Shown here piece by piece: positions 12,111 through 25,204 of a stretch of DNA of 64,000 bases. The stretch spans positions 582,552,001 to 582,616,000 of the forward strand of contig NC_067400.1 of the NCBI RefSeq assembly GCF_016432865.1, given 5' to 3'. Position 1 is the stretch's first letter. Each line of letters starts with the position of its first letter. The DNA comes from Antechinus flavipes (lineage: Eukaryota). The translations under genes were made by a program, and so were the position numbers. The notes below the pieces were generated by a model, which did not search any database, was not told where the DNA came from, and saw nothing but the letters and a program-made list of their open reading frames with translations.

Positions 12111-13619
12111 CTGGGCCTTAAGGTTTCACTCACTGAATTCTGCACCGGTCCCCACCCTTTTGGATCTGGGCAGACACTGACAGACCTGGGCTCACGTTGC
12201 CTGACCTGGGCCCCCTACTAATGAAGTGGGCCTTTGCTGACTGAATGAGGCCTTCCATGGCTGAATCCAGCCTGAGCTGGCCAGAGCGTGGGCTTCCCGC
12301 TGCCTGAATCCAAGGCTGTTTGGGAGCCATGAATAGAGTCCCAATGAAGCCTCATTGCATTAAGTCTGCCTGGCGTTTCCTTTCCTGGGCAGTTCCTGAT
12401 TGATTTAAATGTGCCCCTTTGTATGTACTGCCTTCAGGAGGTTTCAAAATAGTCTGAAATATAAACATATTAGAAATCTACTCCTTCTCTTCCTCCCCTC
12501 TGCCTTTTCCTCCTCCTCCTCCCTTTCCCAGAGTCACTGGGGATTAGAGAAACTGCTTCTGTTTGGGGGTTTATAAAACATTTCAAATTATAACTCAAGC
12601 ATGTGGGGCTTGGCAAAAGCTTCTGCCTATTCTGCCCCCAGGACATTTTCCCTGAACTCTTTGCCCAGGTGTGTGGGGAAAGGAAAAGGCATCTCAATGT
12701 ACTCCTGGCCCATCATCCTCTCCCTGAGGTTGGCTTCCTCCACCCCACTCCCCACCGTCTGCAGGCCTGCATTAGCCTCTTGGCCGGACATTGGAACATC
12801 TGAACAAATATGGGCCCACCGGCAGAGAGGGTAGCTAGGCTGGGGGGAGAGCAATGAATGCAGCTCCACAAGAAGTGAAAGAACGGGACTTAGCCGGAGC
12901 CAATTTGTGCCTGGTCTTAAACTTTCTTAGTTCCCTCATTTGGGAAAAAGTGGGATTTGAATTCTAAAATACATTCAGCTCTAAATCTTGGGACCCTAAG
13001 AAAAGGAACCATCTGAATTCTACTAGGAGACTATGAAAAGATGGGAAAGGACAGATACTAAAGGTCTGAGAGAAGGACAGGGACAAGTCCGGCTGAGTTC
13101 AAATATTCTGTATGATGATGATTAAGTTGCTGATGTTGAATAAGTCATTTAGATTCTTGGGGTCCTCTTCTGTTTACTGGTCTCTATATAAAGGGAATAT
13201 AATTATATTCCATCTTCTTCAAAGGGTAGTTGATGGATATGACCTGAGGGACTATGGGAATGACATCAAAATTCTGGAATGGGAGTGACATCAAAATGAC
13301 ACTTGATAAAGATCATCCTGGTAGATTTGAGGATCAAGGGGATAGAGACCGAAAGAAACTAATTAAGCCCAAATAGTGAGTAATAGAATGAAGAAAAGTT
13401 AGTTGAAGAATGAAGAAAGGACACATTGAACAAAATATATCTAGAGTACTAAAGAATAGAGTAAGGAGATAGATTGAAGGAGAAGTTCTAAGTGTAAGCG
13501 AAAAAATGAGTCAATCAATTAATCATTCCACTCTTTATCCCTAATACCTTAAGCAAATGAAAATATCTTCTTTTAGTCAATCAAGAAATTAGAGATATGA
13601 ACTTGTGTGAACAAGGCTA

Positions 13620-13870
13620 AGTTGTTGACTTATTTTTCAGTCATGCTTGATGCTTTAGTGTTTTCTTGGAAGAAATACCAGAGTGGTTTGCCATTTCCAT
13701 CTCTAGTTCATGTTACATGTGAGGAAACTGAGGCAAGCAAGATTAAGTGACTTAGTCACTTAACTCAAGGTCACAGAGTTAGCAAGTGTCAGCGATAAGA
13801 TTTAAATTTACAAAAAGGAACTTTTCTAATCCAGACATGGTATTTTATCCACTGAATCATCTAGATGCCC
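13620..13870 (-). mobile_element. Marsupial-type CORE-SINE (MIR core plus RTE-like tail)
   Basis: GAGTGGTTTGCCATTTCC...GAGGAAACTGAGGCAAG...AAGTGACTT motifs. Confidence 0.6.
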
Positions 13871-14889
13871 CAAACAAAGTTAAACATTTTTCTAAATCCT
13901 TTAATCAAAGATCTGAGACTAAGAGCAAAAAGTTCTTGGTCAATATGTAAGTCTGTGAAAGCCAATGAAGGAACTAGAATGACATTCTATATCCACACTG
14001 ATTGGGGATACTGGATCCTGTTCTGTGAATTTTGTATAAAGCAACAAACCAATTTGGGATCAAGAATTTGAGTGGACCAGAAGCAAGCAATTCAGCCAAG
14101 ATCTTGAGAAGGAACTACTTGGGGTGGGGATGGGATAGGAGAGAATCTTGTCCTCAGCCTTGATCTCCTTATCCAGAGGAAGAGCTGACTGATCAGAGGA
14201 CCTAAGAATTTGGATTTGCATAGGCATCCCAACAATGTCCCCAGTTCAACAAGCAGTGTCTGCATTACAGCCTTGGATTAAATGGGCTTGATAAGTAAAG
14301 GCAAAATCAAGTCTCTCCAAGGAGTCTGGCAGAGAAGTTCTAATCCAGGACCGACAAAAGGACTTTCAGGAGCTGAGTCATCTTTCTAGATGTATGTGAA
14401 TTTAGATCCCATTTTCCTGTGGACTCTTTATGTACAGTGGGACATGCTGTCACAAACTCTGATGAAATGAATGTTTTACACCAGCCATTTTTACTATATT
14501 CTCTCCCTAAATAACCATTTCTAGAAGCTGATCAATTTTACCTAATTGATATGAACTGATAATCTCAAAAGGCAAACCCACTATAACACACACCAAAAAA
14601 ATACCTTTTAGGACTATTTTCTAAAATCCTCAGGGGAGATAGTAGCCAAGCTCTGGAGATCCAATCTTTCTGTGCAAATGGTGAACAATAAAATAATTCC
14701 AAAGGATATATAATAAAATCATTTTAAATAGAGATAATAATGCCTCAACATCCCAAGCTGTTAATGAAGTCAGCTTCAGGAATATGACTCGATGGAACAA
14801 GACTTGACCCCCAAAGAGAGAATTGTCAGGTATAGATTACAAAATCACAGACTCATCAGCACTTAGGAGAGTAAAAAAAATGTCATACC

Positions 14890-15520
14890 TGGTCCTGACC
14901 TTAGAACACAGAATGTCAGAACTTAGAAGGATCCATTAACAGAATGTATGAGATTGAAGGGAGCTTAGACAAAGGAATGTCAGCGCTAGAACTCTTAGAA
15001 CACAGAATGTCAGAGAATGGGAGAGACCTTGGAACTCAGAATATCAGAGCTGGGAAGTCTCTTAAAACACAGGATGTCAGAGCTGAGTAGTCAGAGTTGA
15101 AAGGAAACAGTACCCGGAATGTCAGAGCCGTAAAGAACCTTAGAATACTGATCATTAGGGCTCAGAAAGACATTAGCATGTAAAATGTCGGAATTAGAAA
15201 AGAGCTTAGGACAAAGGATGTTGGAATATGGAATTTTCAATGTGGAAGAAATCTTGGGATATAGAATGTCAGCTCTGGAAAAAACTAGAATATAATGATC
15301 AGAAAGGACCTTAGACTATATGTCTAATGTCACAGCTGAAAGAGAACTTAAAATGTAGAATGTTAGAACTCATAAGGGTTTTAGAACATAGTATGTTGGA
15401 ACTAGGAGGGATCTTAGGATGTAAAATGTGAGTTGAAAGAACATTGAAAACATAGAATATTAGCATATAGAATTTTGAACTGGAAAAGGTGTTAGAACAG
15501 AGAGTATCAGAACTGGGAAA
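14890..15520 (+). repeat. Degenerate block of the 33-bp minisatellite (AGAAC-N-AGAATGTCAGAGCTGGGAGGGCCCTT family)
   Basis: Recurring TTAGAAC...AATGTCAGA at ~33-bp spacing, highly diverged. Confidence 0.8.
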
Positions 15521-16703
15521 AACCAAGAATGAAGAATGTCAAAAGTCAAAGAAAGTTTACAATAGATCAGTGTAGCAGGATCATCCATGTTCATGCTCAT
15601 GCTTGTTATCCTTAGATCTGAGCAAACAGAATCATCATTGGAAAGACTCACTTCTGGCCTCAGATGACTCATTGCTTGTGCTTTGAGATAATGGGGAGTG
15701 TTCTTATTAGTTGGGGAGTCAGAAGAATTGATGATTCCATGGATGTGCAATACAGAATAGTCAGATCCTCCATTTATGTGTCTTCCTTTACATCTCACAG
15801 GACTCAAGTCACTGGCTTTTGTCCATCCAGGCTGCCATGTGCATGCATTTGTGAGAAATGGCTAGTTTTCATTTCTACAAAAATCATGGTGAAGGCTAAA
15901 AAATGAAACCTAAAAGTTAGGCTGCCATGGAACAAAGGAAACAAAACTTATAGAGGGAAGCCATAAATTAAAATAAGAAGAATGCTCTTGGTAGACACAC
16001 CCAAATAAGGGTAAAAGAAAATAAGGGCCAGAGTGAGGGAAATGTGGGGAATGGGAATTGTAATTAGGGGAGGAGACTCACATGGATTAGGCTCTTCGGA
16101 TAAACTGTAACCCTATAGCATCCAGCTAATGGGGAAACAGGGCAAGGACTTACATTTCAGGGACAGGGAATAAAAGACTATGCTTTTACACTTCAAAGGT
16201 ATGCCTACTTGTTGGACACCACTCTTGCAAGAACGTAAAATTCTTGGATTCATCAGCGAGTCAGTGGGATTGTTAGTAAGGCTCTTGTTTCTTACATTCA
16301 AAAACATTTTTTTTAACCTTCTCTCTCTTCACTTTTGCACAGACTCCCACCCATCCCATACCCCCCATACAGTCATGCTTGGAATGACCTTTCTCCTCAT
16401 TTCTATAACTTAGAACCTAATTTTCTTTAAATCTCAGCTCAGGTTCAATGGATCACTTCCGATACTCTCAGTTTTATATTCCTTTCCCTTCCTCCTGTTG
16501 CTTTGTATTTATTTTATGTGTATAACAGATGATATGGAATTATTCTCCCAACCTTAGTGATGCTGGATCTCCAGCCCATGACTCATTCATCTCTTCCCAG
16601 TATTCTAAAGGTTAATCTTGAGGACCAGGAATGTGTCTTTCTAAAGTTGTAGCTCATGAGCCCCAAGCAGTGTACTTTTCTCCCCCGATTATCAATTGAT
16701 ATA

Positions 16704-16922
16704 AGGCAACTAGATGGCACAGAGGATAGAGTACTGGATCTAAAGTCAGAAAGACTCATCTTCCTCCCTTCAAAACTGGTCACACTAACTATGCGAGCCT
16801 GAGCAAATCACTTAACCATGTTTGCCTAATCCAGTGGAGCAGGAAATGGCACACCACTCTAGAATGTTTGCCAAGAAAACCCCATGTGGAATCATGAAGA
16901 GTCAGGCACAATTGAACAACAA
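16704..16922 (+). mobile_element. Marsupial CORE-SINE with RTE-derived 3' tail
   Basis: tRNA-like head AGGCAACTAGATGGCACAGAGGATAGAG, core CAAATCACTTAACC, and tail GGAAATGGCACACCACTC...TGAACAACAA. Confidence 0.7.
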
Positions 16923-17119
16923 TCAATTAGTCAACCAGATATAATTAACTTTTTAGAAAGAGGTGATGTGATAAGAATAGCTGTCATAAAACAAAAGTTG
17001 GTGGAAGACTTTCCCACTCTCCATACAGAGAACAGAGAAATATAAGTTTGAGCTTCAAAAGCACATGTGCTAGAGGGATAACTCACAGCTTCTTCTCATA
17101 ACCTCTTCCCCTATTTATA

Positions 17120-17530
17120 GATCTGAAAGTCAATTTATTCCTTGCATCTCTAATTTATTATGTGATCTTTTATATCTAGCTCATGTATCCATTTAGCACT
17201 TATCTTCATATATGGTGTGAAGTGTGGTCTAAATGTAATTTCTGCCAGAACTTTTTTCCAAAAAGTTATTGTCAAATAATGAGTCCTTAGTGGCTAGGAT
17301 TTTGGAGTTTATTGAACACCAGGCAACTAGGTTTGTTTACTTCTCCATATTATATACTTAATTTTTTTTTTTTACAGATTAACATCTCTTTCTTAATCAT
17401 TTCAAAATCAATCTTAAGATTGATATTGCATAGTATAGTTTGAGATCTCATACTGCCAAGTTCCCTTTATTTGCACTTCTTTTCATTATGTTCCTTGAGA
17501 TTTTTAACCTTTTGTTCCTCCTGATGAATC
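17120..17530 (-). mobile_element. Old L1 ORF2 relic
   Basis: Antisense L1-like text (TATGGTGTGAAGTGTGGTCT..., TAGTATAGTTTGAGATC...). Confidence 0.55.
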
Positions 17531-17549
17531 CCAGATTTGTATAACTAGT

Positions 17550-18420
17550 ACTAATCTCTCTTTTGAACTCCATTCCCACATCAACTTCCTACAGGATATC
17601 TCTACCTGGATATCCAAAAGGCATCTCAAACTCAACTTGTCCAAAATGGAACTTGCTATTTAGCCATCTCAATCTTCTCCAACTTTGTTCATTTTTGTTG
17701 AAGGAACTATCATCTTTCTAATTACTTGACTCTTCCCTCTGTCTTATACCTAATGACTTGTCAACACTTTAGTATTTGCTTCCATAATCTCACATTTGTT
17801 CCTCCCTCCACTCATGGAGTCATCATCCTAGTTCACGCCCTCATCATCTCTCAACTGAACTATTGTAAAAGTCTCTTGATTGGATTCCCATTTTCTCTTT
17901 TTAAAATCTACTCTCTCAATAATCTTCCTAAAGAAAAGTCATTTCTCCTAAGATCTTTCAGTGGCTCCTATTGTATCCAGGATTAATATCCTTTATAATC
18001 TGGCTCCAGTCTATCTTTCCAGATTTATAGCTATCACATCATATATTCTACATTCCAACCAAATCTGCCTTATTCTCTATTCACCAAACTAATCAGTCTA
18101 ATCTCCCACTTCCTTGCATTTGCACATTGTTCCTCACTCTTGGAATACTCTCCTTCCTCATACCCACCTTTTAGAAGCCTCCACAACTCAGTTCTGGTCC
18201 CAGATCCCAAGAGAATATGTTCCTGGTTCCCTTTACTCATTAATGTTCTGTCCCTTTTCAATCTATCATGTAAAAGGAATATCATTCATATTTTTAAAGT
18301 ATTTATATGCCGTATCCCCATGGAAAACTGTAAACTTAAAAATAGGAACTAATTTTCATTTTTGCCTTTGAATTCTCAATGACTCCCACAGTGTCTTGTA
18401 CTTATTTACCATATAATAAA
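17550..18420 (+). mobile_element. L2 relic
   Basis: GGCATCTCAAACTCAACTTGTCCAAAATGGAACT and related L2 3' motifs. Confidence 0.65.
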
Positions 18421-18422
18421 TG

Positions 18423-18670
18423 ATTGTTGCTGTTCATATGTGTTCAATTCTTCATGATCCATGGACCATACCGTTCATGGAATTTTCTTGCCAGAGATAC
18501 CAGAAAAGTTTGCTATTTCCTTCTCCAGCTCATTTTTACAGATGAGGAAACTGAGGCAAACAGGATTCAGTGACTTGCCCAGGGTCACAGTCTGAGGTCA
18601 GATTTAAACTCAAGTCTCCCTGATTCCATACCTAGCTCTCTGTTCACCAAGCCATCTAGCTGCCCTAATA
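18423..18670 (-). mobile_element. Marsupial CORE-SINE
   Basis: TTTTACAGATGAGGAAACTGAGGCAAACAGG...GTGACTTGCCCAGGGTCACA, ending CCATCTAGCTGCCCT. Confidence 0.7.
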
Positions 18671-19821
18671 AATGCTTAGGGGACTAGATTAGATTGGAAT
18701 GGATGCTTCCAGGGAATCCTCAGGGGTGATCCTATATCTTAGGCTTCCCATTTCCCTACCTCCCACCACCAACAACTAAAAGCTTCTTCCCCTTCTCTTA
18801 TCTCAGGCGCAAAACTTCCTAGTAACCCCTCTAGCATTGGAAAACTTAGAATACTGATGGAAACTGAAGCAGCAGGAACTGATAATACAAATGAGCATGA
18901 CCTTCCTTGCAAGAACATCCACTCCCAGGATTGACTATAAGGTTCAGTCTGTCATAGTGGGAATTCTCTCCACCCAAAAAGATTGTGATCCTTTTATGAT
19001 CTTTTAGATGATGAAAGAGTCATCTCCTTGGACATCTCTTTCCTCATAAGGAGAGTGAGGAGGTTCAGCCAAATGACCTTTAAGGCCCTCCTAACTCTTC
19101 TAAGTCAGAGTTCTTAAGCTGGGGTCTGTGAACCTTTTTTTTTTTTTTTTAATATTCTAATAAGTGTCTCCAAAGTTGTTTCCTTTGTCATCCTCTATAT
19201 CTTGTTATATTTACCAATGTGATTCTGAGAAGGCATTCATAGATTTTACTAGATGCTACCCAAGGAATTAAGGACACTATATTCCTTCTCTAAATCAAAA
19301 TTGTATGATTTATATAGGATCAGATAGTAAGATCAGAGGCATTCTTTAAACCTAAGAGTCCAAATCTCTGCCCAGGAAGAAGGTAAAATCTTCAGGACCC
19401 CAGGTCATTTCAGCTCCCAGACACATCAAGGAGGGTTCTGGCAGAAGAAAGCATAGAAAGAACCCCTTAAAATCCAATAAACATAAGACCCAGCTATAGC
19501 GATGAACTGTGTCTGTTGTCTGAACCTAATCAAGTAAAGGGGTTGCTTACCAAAGGCTAGAAATGTTCTCACCCAGTGCTTATCAAGGCCTTTTGTGCTA
19601 AGACAGAAGCATCAATGAGGGGAGTTCCCACAGTGATCAAAACTGTGACAGTAGGGTCTGGCACATGGGCAGACTCCTCCCTAAAGGGGTTTGTAAAAAG
19701 CCTCACCCTGGGAAAGTAGGGTCAGAGCCCAAATGATCCCCTCTTACAATCTGAATCTCTCCCTTTCTAGTCAATTTTCCACTCAGCTGCCAAAATAATC
19801 TTCCTAAAGCATAAGACTCTC

Positions 19822-20060
19822 TGTGTGTCAGTGTGTCTATCTGTTTCTCTACCTGGCTGTTTGTCTGTCTGTCTCTGTCTTACTTTCCCTCTGTGTCCTT
19901 CTCTCTGTCCTCTGTCTCATTGCCTCTTTCTCTGTCTGTCTCTCTCTTCCCCCCTCTCTGTCTCTCTTTCCTCTGATTCTGTCTCTCTGACTCTGTCTCT
20001 GTCTGTCTCTGTCTGTCTAGCTCTATTTCTGTCTCTTTGTCTCGGTCTTTATCTGTCTTT
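19822..20060. repeat. (CT/CTGT)n microsatellite inside an L2 relic
   Basis: Directly visible simple repeat. Confidence 0.85.
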
Positions 20061-21379
20061 CACATACAAGAGCGACAGAGAGAGGACAGTGCATTGGTCT
20101 CCTTCTTCCACAAACACGATTCTCCATCTCAGGACTCTGTGATCTCATTGGCTGGCTCCTATCCTATAATGTTCTCCTTCCTGATGTCCATCTTGTGACT
20201 TCCCTAGTTTCTTTAAGGTCCAGTTACATCTTGCTTTTCCTCATTCTAATATCCTTCCTCTCTTGAGCCTTTCTAATTTGTCCCATCTACAATTTACATG
20301 TTGTTGTTTAATGTTATCTCCCCCATAAGACCAAGAGCTCCTGGTAAGCAGGGACAGTCAATTTCCTCTCTTTATATCCCTGGCATTTAATACAAAGTAG
20401 GCTGTGCTAAGGATAGTTGGCACATAGTAGGCACTTAAATAAAATCTGTGCCTTAACCCAAAGCAGGGATGGATGTAGAACTGTGGTGGATGTAGAAATT
20501 CTGACGCTGGGAAAGAATGACAGGGAAGATAGTTTTAAGCAAGAAAAGATTGTCTGAATGTTCCGCAAATCAACAGTACAAGTCATCTCCTCTACACAGT
20601 CATCTCTGATGAATCTTTCAGTAGAAATTTTCTTTTTATTTCTTAAGTTCAGAATAAAATCCAATTTTGAATATTAGAAACAGTACTTAAGTCAGAATCA
20701 AGGGACCTGGACTCAAACCTTAGCTTTTTCACTTCTTAACTGGACTTATTTCTGTTTCCTGAAACTGGTCTTGTTCTTTGCACACTCTGTTCAATCTCCC
20801 ATCTCTACACTTTTGCACAGGATGCACTGCATTCCTTTGATGTTCTCTCTCCTCTCCTCTACCTCTTAGAACCCCTCCTTTTCAGGCTCAGCTGAAGTGC
20901 CAAGTGCAGCTATACAAAGCCTATCTTGAGCCTAATCCCTCCCCCATGCTCCCTTGTGGCCATCTACGATAGGTGCCTCCACTTCCCTCCTAGCTCCTTA
21001 CAATCAGTCTTTTAATGTCATCATTTCACCTGCACTGCTCTCTCCAAAGTTTCTAATGACCTAGTTGCCAAATGCAAGTAACCTTTTCTGGATTCTTATT
21101 CTTCTTGACTTCTCTGCAGCCTCTGACACTGTTAATCACTTTCTCTTTCTTGTCATTCTCTTGATTTTGAGGACATAATTCTCTCCTAGTCTCTCTCCCA
21201 CCTCTCTGACTCCTCCTCTGTCTCCTTTTCCGGATTCCCATCTGACCTCACCCTCTAAACACAGGGGTCTTTCAGCAATCTGTCCTGGGCCCTCTTTTTC
21301 TTCTCCCTCCATACTACTTCATTGGATGATCTCATCAGCCCCCATGGATTTAATGGCCATCATTATACTGACAATTTTC

Positions 21380-22220
21380 TTTTTTTGCTTGTTAATCTAA
21401 TTTTATTCTTATAAATATTGTGAGGTAAATATTATAAATTTCATTGTTTCCATATTTTTATTATAACTTTTTATTGATAGTATATATGCCAGGGTAATTT
21501 TTTCCAACATTATCCCTTGCACTCACTTCTGTTCCGACTTTTCCCTTCCCTCCCTCCACCCCCTCCCCCCAGATGGCAAGCCGTCTTATACATGTTAATA
21601 TGTTATAGTATATCCTAGGTACAGAAGGTGCAGAATCGCTTCCATCAGAATACATCCTCATGCAGTATCGTTGTTGAGGTATATAATGATCTCCTGGTTC
21701 TGCTCATTTCACTTAGCATCAGTTCATGTAAGTCTCGCCAGTCCTCTCTGTATTCATCCTGCTGATCATTCCTTACAGAACAATAATATTCCATAACATT
21801 CATATACCACAATTTACTTAACCATTCTCCAATTGATGGGCATCCATTCATTTTCCAGCTTCTAGCCACTACAAACAAGGCTGCCACAAACATTTTGGCA
21901 CATACAGGTCCCTTTCCCTTCTTTAGTATCTCTTTGGGGTATAAGCCCAATAGAAACACTGCTGGATCAAAGGGTATGCACAGTTTGGTAACTTTTTGGG
22001 CATCATTCCAGATTGTTCTCCTGAATGGTTGGATTCGTTCACAACTCCACCAACAATGTATCAGTGTCCCAGTTTTCCCGCATCCCCTCCAACATTCATT
22101 ATCTTTTCCTGTCATTCTAGCCAGTCTGACAGGTGTATAGTGGTATCTCAGAGTTGTCTTAATTTGCATTTCTCTGATCAACAGTGATTTGAAGCACTCT
22201 TTCACATAAGTGGAAATATG
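21380..22220 (-). mobile_element. 5'-truncated L1 with an internal 3' UTR deletion
   Basis: ORF 21645..22205 is the ORF2 C-terminus. 12-bp TSD CTGACAATTTTC at 21368-21379 and 22221-22232. Confidence 0.9.
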
Positions 22221-22339
22221 CTGACAATTTTCAAATTGTCAATTTGGAGGTCTCTGAGGATCTCAGAACAGAACTCATTCTCCTTTCCTCTTAATCCTTC
22301 CCCCAGTTTCTCTATCACTGTCAAGAGTAACCCCATTCC

Positions 22340-22730
22340 TTGAAGTGGATTTCTTTGACAAAGAGAAGATCTCAGTTCCAATTGATCAATGATGGACAGA
22401 AGTAGCTACACCCAGAGAAGGAACACTGGGAAATGAATATAAACTGCTTGCATTTTTGTTTTTCTTCCCGAGTTATTTTTACCTTTTGAATCCAATTCTC
22501 TCTGTGCAGCAAGAGAACTATTCCGTTCTGCACACATATATTATATCTAGGATATACTGTGATATGTTTAACATGTATAGGACTGCTTGCCATCTAGGGG
22601 AGGGGGTGGAGGGAGACAGGGGAAAAGTCAGAACAGAAGTGAGTGCAAGGGATAATGGTGTAAAAAATTACCCAGGCATGGGTTCTGGCAATAAAAAGTT
22701 ATAATAAAAAAAATAAAATAAAATAAAAAA
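22340..22730 (+). mobile_element. Short L1 3' UTR-only insertion
   Basis: L1 3' UTR, AATAAA and A-rich tail. Imperfect TSD AAGA(G/A)TAACCCCAT at ~22323 and ~22729. Confidence 0.85.
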
Positions 22731-22917
22731 GAATAACCCCATCCTGCAGGCCCTTAAGCTCCCACATAGAAATCACCCTGAACTCCTATCCCTTGCTCCC
22801 CCCTTTCCAAGCTGTTTTCAAGACCTATTAATTTTACCTTTTGCACTAAATGTTGACTAGGCCCTTGTCCCCACCCTGGTGTAAGCTCCCCCATATAGAT
22901 TTTAGGGGAAGAATCAT

Positions 22918-23145
22918 TTCTGTGTCTCTGTTTCTCTCTGCATCTTTCTCTGTCTCTGTCTCACTGTATCTCTTTGTCTCTGTTTCTGTCTGTCTCTGTC
23001 TGTCTAACTCAGTTTCTGTCTGTCTCTCTGTCTGGCCCTGTTTCTGTCTCTCTGTCTCTGTCTCATTGTCTCTTTTTGTTTCTCTGTGTCTCTGTCTCTG
23101 TCTCTCTGTGTGTATCTGTCTCTGCATCTTTCTCTGTCTCTGTGT
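22918..23145. repeat. (CTGT/CT)n microsatellite
   Basis: Directly visible simple repeat. Confidence 0.9.
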
Positions 23146-23194
23146 CACAGCAGCCACTTGATAAGTTTCCTGAATGAATGAAAGGAGCTTTAAA

Positions 23195-23470
23195 TTGGGC
23201 AAATAAGGGGCAGGGGCGATATAGTGAATAAAGTATCAGACTTGGAGTCAAGAGGACCTGAGTTCAAATCTAATCTCCAATGCTTGCTAGCTATAAGAGT
23301 CTGGATCACTTAACTCCCAATTGCTACCCCCACTAAATGAATAAATAAATAAGGTGAATAACCATCGTACTGTCTCCTTCATGAGCATGTTGTGAGAATA
23401 AATTAAAACAATGAAGTTTTGTAAAAGTGCTTTGGAACCATAAAGCTCTATATAAATTTGAGTTTATTAG
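23195..23470 (+). mobile_element. MIR-like SINE
   Basis: GACTTGGAGTCAAGAGGACCTGAGTTCAAATC...GTTGTGAGAATAAA...AAAGTGCTTTG. Confidence 0.65.
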
Positions 23471-24177
23471 TATTATTACGCTTATTGTTGTTTTAGAAAA
23501 ATGAAAGATGCTATGATGCTACAAAACAGAGAAAAGTTCCAGTGTTCCCTCTGATACACCCATTTTGTATGACAAAGGAAAATCTCCAAACTCCTCGGGC
23601 CCCAGCTGCTGGCCTTTAAGAGTAAGTCAAGGATTGGTTGCTGATCTACATGAAAGAGAGAAATTCCCATACCCAGAATGCCCTTCACTGAAGAAGTCAC
23701 AGACCGAGAGCCAAAAAAGAGGGGAGAAAGTGCCCTAGATGCTGCTAATATAACTAAAATTAAATTAAATCATTGTAGTTCTATCACTCTTAGCCTTGAC
23801 CTGTCCAGGATCAAACTATAGGAGTTATACTTAAAGGACCATTACCTTCCCTAGGGCTTTCCCTGGGAGGAGCTGGAGATGAGAATGAGATGAGTCCTCT
23901 GTCTCCCTCAACCCCTACACTCCTGGCTCTCAGTCCTGCTCTCTGCAGCCCTGGTCCTGAGTCATCCTCCTGGGGCAGCACCCCCAGTGACCTCTGGGTG
24001 CCTACTGCGCTACATAATGGAAAATCATAATATTGACCCAACACTCAGGAAATGGGGAGGACAAAGAATCTGGGCTTCTCAGGTGCAAGGGAGAGACACC
24101 GCTGAATAATGAGTTCAGGGCAATCAGAGCCTCCCAGCCTGCTGCTTCCCTCTGAATCTAGTTTTGTCTTAATCCAG

Positions 24178-24286
24178 CTTCTTCCTCTCGGCATCCTCCT
24201 CATCCTCCTTCTCTTTCTCTTTTTCTTTTTCCTAAACATCGTCATCATGGAGCTCTTCTCCCACACATTCCTGGCCCCAAACCTGG
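24178..24286 (+). other. Candidate upstream exon for the GLIPR1-like cassettes (hypothetical)
   Basis: Acceptor-like GTTTTGTCTTAATCCAG ending 24177, Kozak-context ATCATGG (ATG 24247) and strong donor CTGG|GTGAGT after 24286. No transcript evidence. Confidence 0.3.
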
Positions 24287-25204
24287 GTGAGTCTGCCTGT
24301 CAGCCATGAGAATCCCCAGGATACTGTGCCCTGTGTCCCTAAGGGAAGCAACACTGGCTGTAGAGTCAAAGGACCTGAAATCCAAACCCACCCTAGCCAT
24401 TCACTACCTGTGTGACTCTAGCCAATTGATTCAAGCTATCTCATGCTTCAGCTTCCTCATTTGGAAAATGAGTGTATCATTTTAGATGACTATAGAAGTC
24501 TCTTTGAGTATTGAAATGTATGATCCTGTGAGAAATTAAATGGAAGGGGGAGGTGAGAGGAAGGGGCCCCAGAAAGGATTTCCTCATAACCTGTCAGCAA
24601 ATTCTAGATTTTGAGAGAGTATGGTTGCTTTAGACTTCAGCCATTCCATCTTGTGCTGCTCCCAAGGACGCCTTTCTCCCACCTAGGTACCAGCAATTTC
24701 ACATTGACCTTCCTTTCTGGAAGAAAAGAGATATGTTAAACTAATCCATCTGAGCCTTGGGGGTTTTGGTCATGAAATGTAGATGGGAAGGGGAGCTTAG
24801 AACCTAGGATGTCAGAGGTGGGAGGGCCCTTAAGAACACAGGATGTTAGAGCTGAGAAGGGACACAGAATGTCAGTCTTTGACATTCAAGAATTTCACTG
24901 ACCTCTCATTAAAATGCTAACATTAATAATAAAATGACTAATCATCCAGAAAATGATTCTCAAACTTTTTAAAATTTCATAGTGTTAAAAGTAAAACAAA
25001 GTAACTATGTCCTGTTGCACCAAAGCAACTTCAGTCACCACTAACCAACTTCCACATACAACAGAGTAGTTTCCTCTTGCTAATGCTAGTGGGCTTTCTG
25101 TTGCCTCATAATTGTAGACAGGACACACCCTTCAAATATCCACAAAGATCTGCTGCCTCCTTCTCATTCTGGCAAAGTTTACTGGACATGGGGGTTGGAA
25201 GATC

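Larger units (their letters stand above)
20990..22860 (+). mobile_element. L2 ORF2 relic interrupted by two L1 insertions
   Basis: L2 RT-region text (CTTCTTGACTTCTCTGCAGCCTCTGACACTGTTAATCAC...) that resumes after each L1. Confidence 0.65.

Noticed and set aside
11087-12121. 344-aa and 291-aa S/L/F/P-rich ORFs and antisense E/K/R-rich ORFs
   Set aside because: Translations of the polypyrimidine tract, which is stop-free by composition.
23811-24266. Minus-strand ORFs including a K/R-rich stretch and an E/D-rich alternative frame
   Set aside because: Low-complexity origin, in-frame stops in the acidic frame and no recognisable homolog.
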